A stretch of 64,000 nucleotides of DNA from Octopus vulgaris. Lineage: Eukaryota. The notes beneath the pieces are model-generated. The model did no database searches. It was not told the DNA's origin and was given only the letters and a program-made list of their open reading frames with translations. The stretch covers positions 51,398,001-51,462,000 of the forward strand of contig OX597825.1 of the NCBI GenBank assembly GCA_951406725.2, given 5' to 3'. Below, piece after piece: positions 37,554 through 51,832 of this stretch. The translations under genes were made by a program, and so were the position numbers. The first letter of the stretch is position 1; every line of letters starts with the position of its first letter.

Positions 37554-40309
37554 ATACATATATATATATATATATATCGTTTTTGGATATGGTTTGCAAG
37601 ATTCGTTATGTGACTTCGTGTGTTGAATCATATACTGTTGTGTCTGGGGAAAGTCATTCTCCTTTAGGGTCTTATAATTTATCACCCACACCGGTACAAT
37701 TTCCACTTATTTCCTTTATTTTTCTAACATTTTCGTTGAGCCTTGCAAACTTTTCAATAGTTTTGAATATCTTGCAATTCACGTTAGGCCCGTGAGTGTT
37801 ATACATGAATCGTGCTTTTGATATTAAATCTAGATTTTGCACTTAGTTTGGCCAACTTGTTATTAGACAAAAAGACAATTGGGATCATAAGATGTCTGAA
37901 CCCTTGCGAATATATTAATGTATCACTGCGTATACCAAATTAGAAATTGGTATTCTTGTATTCTACTCAGCTGTATAGCTCTCTGCTGCAGTTGGAAATA
38001 TTATGTGAAAATAACGTAGGCTTACCTGACCGTATTAATTTCTCTCGTTGAAGAAACAATCTGGACGCAACTATAGAATAATCTATCCAAGAAGAAGTCA
38101 TCTATGAATCACGTAACGATACCAAATGCCATACAGAACCACAATGAATAATTATATATGATAAAACTAATATTTATGATTCTAAGTAAATGATGAATGT
38201 GAGGTGAATGTTAGGTGGCGAGATGGAATATGATATAAATTTATGTTGAGAAATCAGAAGTTGTAGACAGTCATGGGTTATTCCGAAGTAATGACAATTA
38301 AATGATAACAAAAACATTAATCCGAAAAATAACTAATCAATAATTTCTTATTTGCTGTTTCGATCATGAATTTTATACAACCAACATAAATTCAAATATA
38401 CATTCACCATCTTTCCTCCTCATCCGTATTTCTGCTATGCCATCAAGCATTCCTTTTATCTTTAAATGAGCTTTTCTTGTGTGATTACGAAAATTTACCT
38501 TTTATTCCGGTTTAAAAGATATACAACATAATGTAAAGATTGCCAGTACATATCTACTGATAATAATTTTGAAATTATATATATATATAAATATATATAT
38601 ATATAGAGAGAGAGATACAAATATATATGTATTTATATATATATGCATGTATGTGTGTATATATATTTATGTATATGTATATATATATTTGTGTGCATAT
38701 TTACATGTATATATATATATATATGTGTGTGTGCGTATGTATATATTAAGCCAAAACATGATTATCGTTTTCTCATATATAATTATTATCATTTTTGTAA
38801 TTATTCTGTTTCTATTATTTACTTATATAACAAATTATGTTTTCTTTATTATTAGTTATGCTGTTCTCTGAGAATTTATCTCCTGGATAAATAACTATAT
38901 TGATTTATATATTTCACCAAACATCTCTTTCTATTGTTTTCGCGTTCTTGTTGAACTGAACCGAGAATTTGCAACCGATAAAATAAATTTGTTTGGAGCT
39001 AGGAAACGAAAGTAAATTTTAAAATAAACATAGGAACTAAACATGTTGCAGTATAATTGTGATTTCCTGATTTAGTTTACTTGAAAAAAAACAAACAAAC
39101 AAAAAGATGGTCAAAAGTGCGTTCTCTATCACTTTGCCCCACCTATTCTCTCATTCAGTATCTCTGAATACCCGGAAGGGATTATAGGTTTTTCATGCAA
39201 TCGTTATGCTAGGGAGACAGTTATCTGATCTATGTCATTGACATAATCAATAGCGATATCGATTCTTGTGATATTATTAGTTTCTCTCGTATGACCTTAT
39301 TGGTATAGAAGAAATGTTGCCGTCGAAATATCGTGCGCCTGTTCCCAGTGAACAATTCTGGAAGTCGACTATGTATTTCAATCTTCCAGGGTAAACATAA
39401 TGACTGCCAGCATACATGGGCTAAGGTTGAAACTTCCTTGTTTAAGAATCTAAGGTCGTGTAGAAATATAAATAGATTATTTTCAATTTAGAAATGGCAA
39501 GCCAGACATTACACCCACTCTTTTTTCTATAAATTCTTAAAACAAAAACAGGGATTGAACAATTACATCACTTTCAACATCGTATCGTTGCCTCACAATG
39601 CATTCCTCCCAGTGGTCCACAAAATTGCTTAATCTATTAGAGAAGGTTCTCGGCTTGTTATGAAGCACTTTATGCACCGCTTCCTGCGCTTCTTCGTCCG
39701 TATCAAATTGACGAACCCTTGAAGGATGTTTGAGCTGTCCAAAAAAGTGATAGTCGGAAGAGGCGAAATCTGGGATGTACGTTGGGTATTCCGGCGATTC
39801 GAAACCTAACTTTTCTATGGTTCATTGCATGACCACATACGGGACCCACGCCGACAGTGTAGGCGTCCGTATGTGGGCGCGCATTGTCATGCAACAATGA
39901 CAGTTTGACAATAGACATCGGCGTTTTATGTGAACTGTTAGTTTCAGTTTATTGGCTAGCGTTTCACTGTAACCTACACAAGTGATTTTAGGCCTATATT
40001 CCTGCTAGGCCGTTTTCCAGACACACATCGGTTAGTATCACTTTTTGTGTGGAAGATTAAGTCTGAATCTCTTTTCTGTTAGCAATTCAACTCCATATTT
40101 GGCCTTTTGGATTCTAGCTCAGTGATAAGCTTAGCTCTTATCTCCTGTGAATAGTCTCTCTTGAAAGATGCACATTCATTTTTGTTGCGGTCGAGTAAGC
40201 ATTGTTAGATCTCCACACGACTGTGTTTATGCGCTTTAGTAAAATCTCTTAGCATCCTCTCACATACACTTTACAGAAGCGGAGTTTATTCCGGATGATT
40301 TCTTATATA

Positions 40310-41565
40310 TTGGGTTGGCAACTAAGTTTCCACCGTTTTTTTTTTTTATTTTGGAAACTATTTTTTTCGAAAATTCTATTTTTGAATCACTTTGGAATCT
40401 ATTTTGTTTTGTTTTATTTTTTGGTCTAGTTAATTTTAGTTAATTTTTGTTCATTTTCAGATCATTAAAATGGAATGTCAACTTAAGAAAAACGAGCGTC
40501 TTCGACACCACTTCTTTTAGCTTTTAATCAAGGTTCTAAGACCGCAAAAGCTGCTCGCGACATTTGTGTTGTGTATGAAGAAGGTGCCGCAGCTGAAAGA
40601 ATCGCTCGTGATTGGTATGCCAAGTTCAAACATGGAAATTTTGACCTCAAAGCGCACCTCGTTCTGGCCGTGCAGTTGAGTTCGATGAAGAGAGATTAAA
40701 CCAACTTTTGCACGAAAATTTTCGTCAAACGACAAGTGGTGGCAGAGAAAATGGAATGCTATAGAGAAGTATCTTCATTCGATGGGAAAGGTTCAGAAGT
40801 ATGGAGCATGGGTTCCGCATGCTTTAAGTGACAACAAAAAAAATCAACGAGCCACAATCTCCGCTGGTTTGCTTGCTCGTCACTGCTCAACTCATGGACA
40901 CAAGCAGCGATTTCTTTACCAAATCGTTACTGGCGACGAAAAATGGTGCCTGCATATCAATATGAAGCAGCGTAAATAATGACTTAGTCCCGGTAAACAA
41001 GCGGCACCACGTGAAACAAGATCTTCATCCACGTAAAACGATGTTGTCCATATGGCATGGCTGGGAAGGAATTATCCATTACTAATTGCTTCAACAGAAC
41101 CAAACAGTCAACGCTTCCAACAGATAGGACGACTCAACACGGCTATTCAAGAGAAAAGACCTAATCGGCAGCATGGAGTTCTTGTGCTGCACGACAAAGC
41201 TCGCCCTCATGTCAGCAATATGGCCAAGGAAGCCATTCAAACGCATGGCTGGGAAGTGCTGCCACACCTGCCGGACTCTCCTGATTTGGCACCAACGGAT
41301 TTCCACCTCTTCCGATCTCTTTCAAATGCTATGCGCGGTGTTTCGTTCAATACTGATGCAGAATTGAGAGCTCGGTTGGATCAATTTTTCGAGTTGAAAA
41401 CTGCTGATTTCTACTAACGATGTAGTGAAAATCTTGTTGAACGTTGGGAAGAAGTTGTAAACATCAAGGGTGAATACATTATTGATTAATTAGTTGTTAT
41501 TTTTTATTAAACCTTTTAAAATTTTAGATTTAGAAAAAACCGTGGGAACTTAGATCCCAACCTAA
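40310..41565 (+). mobile_element. Full-length (1256 bp) inactivated mariner transposon, mellifera-like
   Basis: TIRs TTGGGTTGGCAACTAAGTTTCCACCG and CCGTGGGAACTTAGATCCCAACCTAA; TA TSD at 40308-09 and 41566-67. Confidence 0.95.
40470..41489 (+). pseudogene. Mariner transposase pseudogene (DD34D type)
   Basis: MECQLKKNE..., PRSGR, WVPHAL, IVTGDEKW, HDKARPH, SPDLAPTDFHLF, GEYIID*; several frameshifts and stops. Confidence 0.93.
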
Positions 41566-42599
41566 TAGAACCATGAGAAATTCACAGAGAACAAGTCACC
41601 TCCTCGATGGTCACTCGTGCATTTCTAAAAATTGTTGATAATTTTTAATTCCCATTGTAAATATTCTTCTTCTTTAGGTGCAATGCTCAGAATAAAGGAC
41701 AGGCGATTATATCCTGCCAAAATCCTCTGTTCTTTGTTCTGTAACAGCCTTAAATATTACATGTGTATATATATCATTCACTTACGTACGTATCTAATTA
41801 ATGTAAACAGCGACTAAAAAATTGAAAAAAATCATGCATTTCGTTCGACATTCTTTGTGATATTTGTTTTATACAGAGTTAAAGATATTTCCCTGTCACC
41901 ATCATTGTCAGAAAGGCAGCCGCGTATTGGGAATCAGTAACAAAAGAAGCTATTTTCCACAATTTGCAATACAACTAATTAAAACTATTGCTATTTGAAG
42001 TGTAGGGAAATATGACATTTAATACATCACCGATTTCTTTTGAAATGTCAGGAAGTGAAATGGTTTCAAACACAAAGAGGCACCAAGTTTTCGTCGAAAC
42101 GAAACCTAGTCGACGGATGTCAGATTCGCTTTAATCGAATAAAATAGATATTTGTTATTTTTGTTGGAACCTACAATAACGCATTTTGTATAGTTTCCTA
42201 ATTAACAACGCTACAAATATATATAAAACATCACTTCTGGGTGAATCTAAATTCCTCAGGACACTGCCACCTCGGTTCCTACAGCAATGGATTTTATATT
42301 AAAGAAATCTTAAATATTGATATGCAGTCACATAAATCAGCGGACTATATATTTGCGTGTGTCTGCGTTAACATTTCTAAACTTGTCAGGGTAAAATTTA
42401 TCATGGAACATTAGGAAGTTTATATAAATAGCACAACAGTAACTGACTCACTGTAGTACGCATTTAGTTTGGCACCAAAGTTTGAAATAAGCACTTGTGT
42501 ACAGCTCTTCAACCACACAAGTCAAATATATCATATATATATGAATGTGCATGTATATATAATGTATATAAAAATATACACATGCTTATATATGCATAC

Positions 42600-42676
<77 letters not shown>

Positions 42677-42679
42677 TGT

Positions 42680-43497
42680 CTATATTGTTGTATCTAGTAA
42701 TGGTCATTTTGCCAGTTTAGCCAATAAAAACACATGCACTATATATTTGGTGTTAATTTGCTTCAGCTTTATTTATTTTTTACATTAATCTTAATCTTAT
42801 TTCTACCAGAGTTCTTTCATCACACTCCTGTGACTGCATCAGTGGTCCTTTGCTTTCTTCTTTCTTATTTGTGTGTCTCTCCTTACTAACGGTCAGCCAT
42901 TTTTTATTTTGTATTCCTATTGTATGTGCCTTTATTTGCGCATGCGTATACCCCTATGTGTGTCTATGTTTAGTTAGTGTGTGGGAGAGTGCCTATAATA
43001 TTTGTATCTCCTGTTTATACACGTTCGTGTAATTAGTTTTTGCTTATTTTGTTCATGTGTTTACACCTACTCATTATTTTATTAATGTATATAGTTTACA
43101 TCCATTTATTTATCTGTATATTTTCTTTTTTTTAGTTTTGTTTATATTGTTATCAGTTTATGGGGATCTTATTCTGTCATATGTTGTGGTGTATTGGGGG
43201 TGTGTGATAGTGTTCCATTCCAGTTTCCTATTCAGGCTAGAATTATCTTCTATGATGTGTGTAGCTTCTGTAATTTGTCTAATTGTTGCATCCGTTCTAT
43301 GTGTGGACAAAATTTTAACTTCTATGTTGTTGAGTGAGCCCCGTTTTCCTGCTCGGCGTGCTGGTACGGAACCGATGAGCTCCTTTCTTCCTTAAGTTCT
43401 CTCCAATGTCCATTTACTCGCTCTCCTATGATCCGTGCCATTTCCCCTACGTACGTCGTTGTCTTCCGTCTCATTGCATGGCCTCTTGAGCAATGTC
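42680..43497 (-). mobile_element. PLE 3' fragment: GIY-YIG C-terminal half (43210-43495), 3' region with hammerhead, ending at microsatellite
   Basis: TYVGEMARIIGERVNGHW...SVPYQHA...IEVKILSTHRTDATIRQITEATHI...LNRKLEWN. Confidence 0.85.
42805..42846 (-). ncRNA. Type-I hammerhead motif with 8-nt core CUGAUGCA
   Basis: ACCA-CUGAUGCA-GUCACA(GGAG)UGUGAU-GAAA-GAAC-UC-UGGU; same strand as, and 3' of, the GIY-YIG relic. Confidence 0.7.
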
Positions 43498-43599
43498 GTC
43501 TACTTTAGCCTCGGGCCGCCCAAAGTCTTGTGAGTGGATTTGGAAAACGGAAACTGTGAGAAGCGCGTCCTTTATGTTTGTTAAATATTTCTTCTTTCG

Positions 43600-44775
43600 A
43601 TGATAGTAGATTTATTCTTCTCTCAATGTTGGTGGTCAGGCTGTTATTTAGATGGTTGCTTTGTCCACTTATGTATCTTATATTTGTGCTAGGCTTATGG
43701 TAAGGATGGTGAGTGGATTAAGATTGAAGTTGACGTCAAGGAAAATAACAGAGTTGTTATCGTTTTCAATGGTAATAGATAGTCCTTGGTAATAAATAGT
43801 CATGGGTACATCAAAGCAGTCTGGTGTATCTTTCCTTGTCCAATATTTATCTTCATGTAAAATTACATTTTTTCTAGCTTCAAGCATGATTTTAATTTCT
43901 TTCATTGATAATTTAGTTCTATTCTTGGCGAAGATAAGTGCCTTATTTAGTTAGACGGGGTTAATACATTAGTAATAGTTGTTTATGTCCAGTTGGATGA
44001 ATTTACAGTTTTTTCCTATCGGTAGATTATTGAGCCAGTTAACTGCATCTAGCGTTTTTGACCACAGCCTGAGTTTTATTTTGGATTTAAGTAATTGCTA
44101 GTATTTGTTTATAATAAGTTTACTTAGTTTTTCTTGGTCAGATTTACAAAGGCGGGTGAGCCTTACCTTTGGATCGGTGTGAAAGTTAGGTCTGTAGTCT
44201 TTTAAGCTAATTCTAGCTCTAGATGATTCATAAACTTCAGTTACGTCGTCAATTTTGTGTTCACTCGTTATTTCTTTGGCTTTAATATTAATAGATTTAA
44301 GAGCATCTTTATTTATTATCTTATATCTTTTGTAATGTTTTTGTGTAGGAGATTAATGTATAGATCTACATCTACGTTGTATAGATTTCCGGTTTTATCA
44401 GACTGCACAGTGATACCCATCAATTTTCGAAGTGACAAATTTATGCTTCAAATTACGTAGATGCTTATTCCTGAAAATGTTTTTCTTAAACTTAATATTT
44501 CTAAGTAGTTTCCATAGGTCGTCTTCAAAATTTTCTAATATACGGTTAGCTGGGTGGACTTTCCAGGATTTAAAATTGTTTCTAATTTTAATGAGTTCTT
44601 CGTTTGTTTTATTGTTTAATTTTCCTTCCGTACAATTTTCTTTCTCAAAAAACAGAGCCTTCCATTTCATTCTTCTGATGAGATCATGGAATTTAGTTAT
44701 GATATCCATAATGTACTCTTTACGAGTAGGCAAAGATACGTCCTTAAGCGATGTTTCCATTTCAATCTTTTCCAT
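43600..44775 (-). pseudogene. PLE reverse transcriptase, N-terminal and core relic with internal deletion
   Basis: SLKDVSLPTRKEY...IRRMKWKALFF, SDKTGNLY, ISLKDYRPNF...PKVRL, KFIQLDINNYY, FDVPM-(deleted)-GLSITIE...VIFLDVNFNL. Separated from the GIY-YIG piece by a family C SINE fragment (43500-43570). Confidence 0.85.
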
Positions 44776-44843
44776 TTTGTGTTATATTTATTAGAAATCA
44801 AGTATTTATTGCTAACAAAAGTTATTAATAATTGTAATGGTAA

Positions 44844-45582
44844 TATAGGTGAATAAAGGTTGAATGTGGATTCGTCCTTTAATTTGGATGTTTCAAAAAA
44901 AGATTTATAATGCTGATTCTTCATAATTTTCTGGGAGTTTACAAGCGTAAATTTGCGAAGATATGAAAGTAATACTTGTATATAATATATGGTGAATTTA
45001 TAGAATGAAGTCCCATAACACTCATCAATTTCGTTAAAATTGGAGGAGATAAATTGTTAAGATATATAAGAAGTTTAATCCTTGACGATCGTTTCGTACA
45101 GTGCAGGAAGTAAAAGCCATAATGTAAATAACTTGAGAAAGAATATAGCAGAAGATAGTTGAAGCTAGAAAATTCATATTTTATCCGTGTGAGAAAGAGG
45201 TGTGAGGCATGTCGGATATATAACCATAACTAACAGCTACGACAGATATTTGAAGAGTACGTTGATATGTAATTAATATAATTAATTTAATCTAATTTAA
45301 TAATGAATTTATATTATTATTATATCGAAACAATCGTCTGCAAGAATTACACTTCTTATATATCTTAACAACTTGTCTTCTCCATTTTTAACTAAATTGA
45401 TGAGTGTTATGGGACTTCATTTCATAAATTCACTATATATTACATACAAGTGCTTCTTTCATATATTCGCAAATTTACGCCTGTAAACTCCCAGCAAAGT
45501 ATGAGGAATCACCTTTATAAATCTTTTTGGGGAAACCTTCAAATTAAAGGACGAATCCACATTCAACCTTTATACACCTATA
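44844..45582. repeat. ~250-bp inverted repeat at the 5' side of the PLE
   Basis: 44844-45096 is the imperfect reverse complement of 45326-45582; ends at (TA)n. Confidence 0.9.
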
Positions 45583-45645
45583 TATATATATATATATATC
45601 TGTAAAATAATATGTGACAATTATTCGGTAGCCAAGATGAAACTC

Positions 45646-45689
<44 letters not shown>

Positions 45690-46150
45690 CTTACTTAGAA
45701 ATGGATGCGTGCGTTCCGTCATATAATAACAAATTAATAAATAAAACATATGCATATTTACATACATGTATGTACGTACCTACATCTACATGTATATATG
45801 CATGCATATATTGGTACAGGACACCAAAAAAAAAAGTCGAACACAATGAGAAACGAAAACACAAACACAAAACCAAGGAAATGGACATTTTCTTAAACAA
45901 CGAAAGAAATAGTGTACAGGACATACAGCACAAGGAAAATTCATCTTCTTCAGTCGCCTCTATGTCATCTACGTAGTGTTTCGAGACACGATTTCGTTGA
46001 AACATTCCTTCCTGTAAAAGGCAAATTAAATAAAATTTGAGATTTTTTTGCGGAGGGGTAAAAATGGTAACAAAAACAGGACAGTAAAGACAGTACAAAA
46101 TATAAACAGTAAAAAGACAGGACAAGGAGAACAACAGTGACACATACATT
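45690..46150 (-). mobile_element. Divergent family A relative: tail of one unit followed by the head of the next
   Basis: Tail TGTCCTGTACCAAT, then head ACGCATCCATTTCTAAGTAAG, the same order as at 2935-3200. Confidence 0.65.
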
Positions 46151-46169
46151 AAGGGCTGTTAAGCCAAAC

Positions 46170-46600
46170 GAGAGAAAATATTACGAACGCTTTTTGAGAT
46201 CTTTTATGAAGTATTGCTTCTACATTCATGAAAGGGCCTCTCGACTGATTGGCATAGTCACTTAAAAACGCTTCAGCCTCTGATGCAGATATTCTATCTC
46301 TTCTCTCCACCTTTCTACCGCTGCTACAATGGACTCTGCTCCTCCGATATTGCCGTACTCAATCTACCTCTACTCAAACATTCCTGTCCTACTTGTCTCT
46401 CCTATTTCTCTCGTCTCTTGTTGTGTCCGCCATTAGACTACACACTAATCACCACACCTAGTCATTCCTTCCTAGACTCTTGTACTCAGGAATGCCCTCT
46501 CTGCTTATATCATACCCGCAGGTGTTGATTTTAAAGATTCAAAAGGAATATTTAATGAGATTAATCTCACCGGTCTATGAGGGCTTGCAAAGGTCATGGG
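46170..46600 (+). pseudogene. CR1/Jockey-group LINE ORF2 C-terminal relic
   Basis: TLQPL...FYRCYNGLCSSDIAVLNLPL...HSF...DFKRFKRNI. Confidence 0.65.
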
Positions 46601-48279
46601 CACTCTCATTCCGCCAGACCCTGCAGATAAAATATAATCAATAATTCTTTCAGCTATGACTTGTCCGAAAGATCTAAGACAATATAGAAATACTATATGA
46701 AGTAGATGAAACATCTTGTAACAATACACTTCATATCAAAAACATTAACATAGTTTTGTGAATTGTGTTCATGCTCTGTTCAGATAAATATTGTTATGTA
46801 GTCGAACATTTGCTGAGTGAATATTTTGTAAGGTTCATTTATAAGAAGTGTAACTCCTTATAAGTAGTAATATATAACTTAAAACCAAAATTTGCACCAC
46901 TAAGCACATCTCAATCGTAATCTCCAGTTCTGTCTTTCTCTTTCTCTATAACTCTTCTCTTTACGCCTATGTGAGTTATTTATTCTCTTAAAACTGAACA
47001 TTCTGATAGCGGCCATTTGTTTTTGGTGACATTTATAAGAGAGAGATAAGATAAGAAGAAAAATGTTTTAATTTTCACTCGTCCACTACTTATAGCAGAA
47101 ACTAAATATCTTGAACTGCAAGAGTGTCTTCTGTTTTAAGTTACATGGGTCAAAGGATTTACAAAACTACAAAGACGAGGTTCAGAGGCATAGCAGTAAA
47201 ATAATGAAATATTGGAGTCTTTGAAATGACCTCTGAGAATATCTTCTTTCCTATAATTTATTTACTCTCCGTATATATTTATATCAAAAGCAAAATAAAA
47301 ATAAAACTATATTGGTTTTAAAACAGAACTAAGACGCACAAAAGAAGTATTAGGTGATTCAGCAGTAAAATAAGGCAGACCTTTCTTTGTGCCTCATACC
47401 CAAGAGGAAGACTTTAAAGGATTATATAAGACATTTATGACGGGATCATATATACGGGCTTAACTGCGAATCATCTGATATTTTGATCAAAGTTTGTTGT
47501 CAGTTTACATTTTTGTCTTTGTGCTGTCATCGTTCTTATTAAATCCAGATCACATCTGATCTCTTTGAGCGACCATATGGTCAAAGATATTCTGGCTGTG
47601 ACAGTCCGTTCCGTAAGGTGCATGTATGTAGAATCACATTACGTAATGTAGCCTATCTTTCCCATGGCAAGACATTTAGTTGTCATTTCTAGTTAGTTGG
47701 GTGGGTCATGGAATCTATGTTTAAATTCTGTTCAGTTTTGATTCAGAAGACATTTTAGTGTTGTCATTCGCTCACTGACTGTCCCATACAGGTTAAATTA
47801 ACTTGTTTCTTGCCACATTATGCCCTTTAAAATTCGAGTGGGATTTGAGAAGGAAGTATCTGCAATTCCTCGTAGGTCGTTCCTCTATAAATGTCCCATT
47901 TATATATCAAAGAAAAATATAAATGATTGAGCGCCAAAAACGATACCAAATTGGTCCCTTTAAGATCTGAATTCGAATGTATCCCGAATAATGTCTTACA
48001 CAAATCATTCTGCATCAGTTATGTAAGTACTAGCGAAAGACCGTGAATTAATTATACAAGACATCCGTCTGCTAAAATTTATATTCCTATCAAATATAGA
48101 ACTCGTACATCCAAGTGACATATGTTGCAATATATATATATATATATATATATTATATACATAATGGAGTAAATGCGCTAAGCACTGTTTACGTATAATC
48201 ACAATTCAGGTTAGTTGAAATATGTAAAATATTTCAACTAACATAAATAGGGGATATATATATAGCTATTTCTAATATG

Positions 48280-48490
48280 GTTAGCTCACAGAATCGTTAG
48301 CACGCTGGGTAAAATGCTTAGCGGCATTTCGTCTGTCTTCCCATTCTGAGTTAAAATCAGGCTGAAGGCTACGTTACTTTACATCCTTTCGAGGTCAATG
48401 AAATAAATATGAATTAAGGACTGGGGTCGATGTAATCGACTTATCTCCCGCTTCGAACTTGCTCGCCTTGTATCAAAAATTGAAACGAAT
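48280..48490 (+). mobile_element. Decayed family B SINE
   Basis: CAGAATCGTTAGCACGCTGGGTAAAATGCTTAGCGGCATTTCG...CTGGGGTCGATGTAATCGAC. Confidence 0.8.
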
Positions 48491-50505
48491 ATATATAGAT
48501 ATACCAGTGTATGAGATTCAAGCCTGCAATTCTCAACATTCGTTGCTAGTTTTGCATTTAATTTATACAGAGTACAGATAAATCTCTTTCTAAACCATCT
48601 ATTATCCGTAAAATTAGACATTCTACATCACCAACTACTAACCCGCTACACAGCTCATTTGAGACTTGCAATACATCATTTGATATGCGTCTGAGATTGT
48701 GCTACTACTGCAAGCCTAAGATTTAATTCTACGCCGAGGAAAAAAGCATTTAGAGCACATATAGTCAACCTAGCCTCTAGTCACTACATTTGCAGTTTCC
48801 TCTCTCTTTGTTTCCTTTTCTCACTCAACTTCTCTCTCTCTCTCTATCACTCCCCTGTCTCTCTCTTTTTCTCTCTCTCTCACTTTCTCTACAACTAATA
48901 TATGGTCTTCTCTAAAAGAAAGCCTGTACTCATTTCACCCATATTGTATCCAACTCCGTATGCCTCGCACTAAACGCAGTCCTTGCTGCCCTGAACGTTC
49001 ATTTGCTGAATTTCCTCCATATAATATGTCCTTCCTGAAACAGTTCATGCATAACGTTAAAAGCATAAATCCAACCAGTCTGAGGCGACCTTAGTAGGTT
49101 GTATACTCTACAGCTTCCATGAGACCTATCGCCAGAAGAAAGAAACGAATGAAGGAATACGTCTGAATGAAAATGTAGAAATTCTTTGTGAAATTATTTT
49201 GTCTTCAAAAACTGCATTCGAACCGAAGTCCACGAAATACATACTTTCATTCACACTCACGCACATGCACATAAATAACAATATGTGCACACTTTTTAAT
49301 AGTGTTTGCAAACTAATCTTTAAACGCACACACACAGACACACACACACACACATTCTTGCTTTTATCTGCTGGAACTGTACTCACCCTATCATATTAAC
49401 AGATAGTATCGAACATAAATCAGATAGATTCCAAGTTTTCGATAAACAACATTGAAATGCCAGCACAGAAAACTTTACAATAAATTCTGTACTATCAACC
49501 GAATATGTTACAAAGTCTATTTATACAGTAAATAAATTCTATAATACTTAAGTCTCGAACGATTTAGCTGAGGTATAAAGGAGTACCCAAACTTGAACAG
49601 AAGACTGGTAGTATGAGAAGAAATATATATAGAAGAAAAATATCCTGTAGTTAGTGTTTCTTACATCTCTTCGGTAAGTACATTTTCTTCACGAATGAAA
49701 TCGCAAAATACCTCAATATTCCTGGAGTTGTCTCCCTTCCACGTCGCTAATTAAAATATTTTTCATTCTTTGTTTCTTTTCAAATAGCTTATTTCTGGCA
49801 AACCTTTTAAATTTTCACCGTATTAAATGTTTTAACTGCGTCCTAACTTAAAATTTCAAAATACAGAATTAAAGTTATATTTTCAAAAGCTTAATTGAAA
49901 TTATATTTTTAAAGCATAAGCTTGATGTAATTACAAATCCGATGCAGTGCTGCTTTTTTCACAACTTTGGAATATACTTCATATGGTTTCATGGCACAAG
50001 AACCAAATGAATATCATGCATGATTTAAACAAATGAATAAACATGACTAGATTTGCTGTCTTACTATCGTAGCCCGTGTTAGATTCTGTTTGGGAGAAAA
50101 TTATTAAATATCGGTGTCCCTGGATGTCTACACTGAAACAGTATAATGTACTAGTAAAGTTTTCATTAATAATATTTTTTCCGTATGGAATTGGGCCTGC
50201 AAAATGTGTATTGGGCAAGATATATGTTCAATAATTCCTATTTGGTAGAATAAGCAGAATATCCCTGGAAAATAGAAAGTTTATTCTGTTATTAATAATT
50301 CTAACTCTATCAAGATAATATAGTAATTGCATAGATTTAGTAGAAAAGGATAAAATATTCATTGGAGTGGATGTCAGACGAAAACCAAAGAATAGAGAAA
50401 GGAGACAAAGGAGAGGTTTAACGAAGAGGTGAAGAATGAGGTGGTTCGAAGATGAAACAGAAGGTGAAAGACGAAATGAAGAGGGTGGGGAAGAAATTAT
50501 ATACG

Positions 50506-50558
<53 letters not shown>

Positions 50559-50595
50559 GTGTGTGTGTGTACGTGTAACTCTGTTATATATATGT

Positions 50596-50700
<105 letters not shown>

Positions 50701-51054
50701 GAAAGAGAGAAAGAGAGAGTGAGAGAGAGGGGGAACTTTGAACTGCGAGTCTTAAATATATTTCAGAAAATCGATTATTTTAGCTTTCATGCGGTGTTGT
50801 TATATAGGCAATTTATAAAAGAATAATTTCTAATAGAAATTTCAGAGAAACATAAAACAATGAAGTCATTTACAGAGGTTGACCAAACACACACTAAAGA
50901 TTCTTAAAACATTCTCACCAACATTATCAAATGCCTCAATAACAACAACACCAACAAGTTATTCAATGAACTATCAACAGTGAAATACCATTGACACTGG
51001 CATCAAACTGACTGACCTAAAAATACCCTTAAATTCCATAAAGCAAATTCCTTC

Positions 51055-51112
<58 letters not shown>

Positions 51113-51614
51113 TAAAAATCTAATAGAGTCACTGAGAGAAAAAAATGCTTTGTAAGCAAATACTAAAAGCAAGACGATATACTATATATGTTCAGTTGCT
51201 AGTTGAGGGATCTCGGGACACAAAATGTGGTTCATTGATTTTCTTGTTGGTTCAATAAGGACACAAATTATTTGTTTTTATATATTAATATGTGAAGTCG
51301 ACGTTTACAAATACTACGCATTAGGAAGGATGCCATGAATTCACAAGACTATATAGCACACATTCCTGTAAATTCTATCCCATTATATACGTATTTTAAA
51401 AGTTTTCTTTTAAATCATGGATTAGTAGCTGATTAAACGATGTTAATCTTTATATACGGCATAGGTAACAAAGGATTACGGAAATAAGCTCCGTTTATAG
51501 AAATTGCGAATAAATTATTGTTTTCTTGTAATTAATTAATTAATTAATTAATTAATTAGATATGAAAATAACATAACAGTAATTTGACTTGAAATTTTAT
51601 ATACTGCAAATGCA

Positions 51615-51783
51615 TCGTGGCGGTGAGATAGGAAAATTGTTTCCTAACCACATGGTTCTGGGTCTGTACCCACTGCGTGGCACCTTCGGCAAGTGTCTTC
51701 AACCATAGCCTCGGGCTGACCAAATTCTTGTAAGTAGATTTTGGCTGAAGGAAACTGGAAAAATCTTGTTGTACACACACACT

Positions 51784-51832
<49 letters not shown>

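Larger units (their letters stand above)
39413..41640 (-). mobile_element. Old decayed mariner, interrupted by a younger mariner at 40310-41565
   Basis: Minus-strand relics RVTIEEV..ISHGS|I*EIIRNKLRFCKV, FTGDKS, LLHDNARPHT, PDFASSDYHFFGQLK. Confidence 0.8.
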
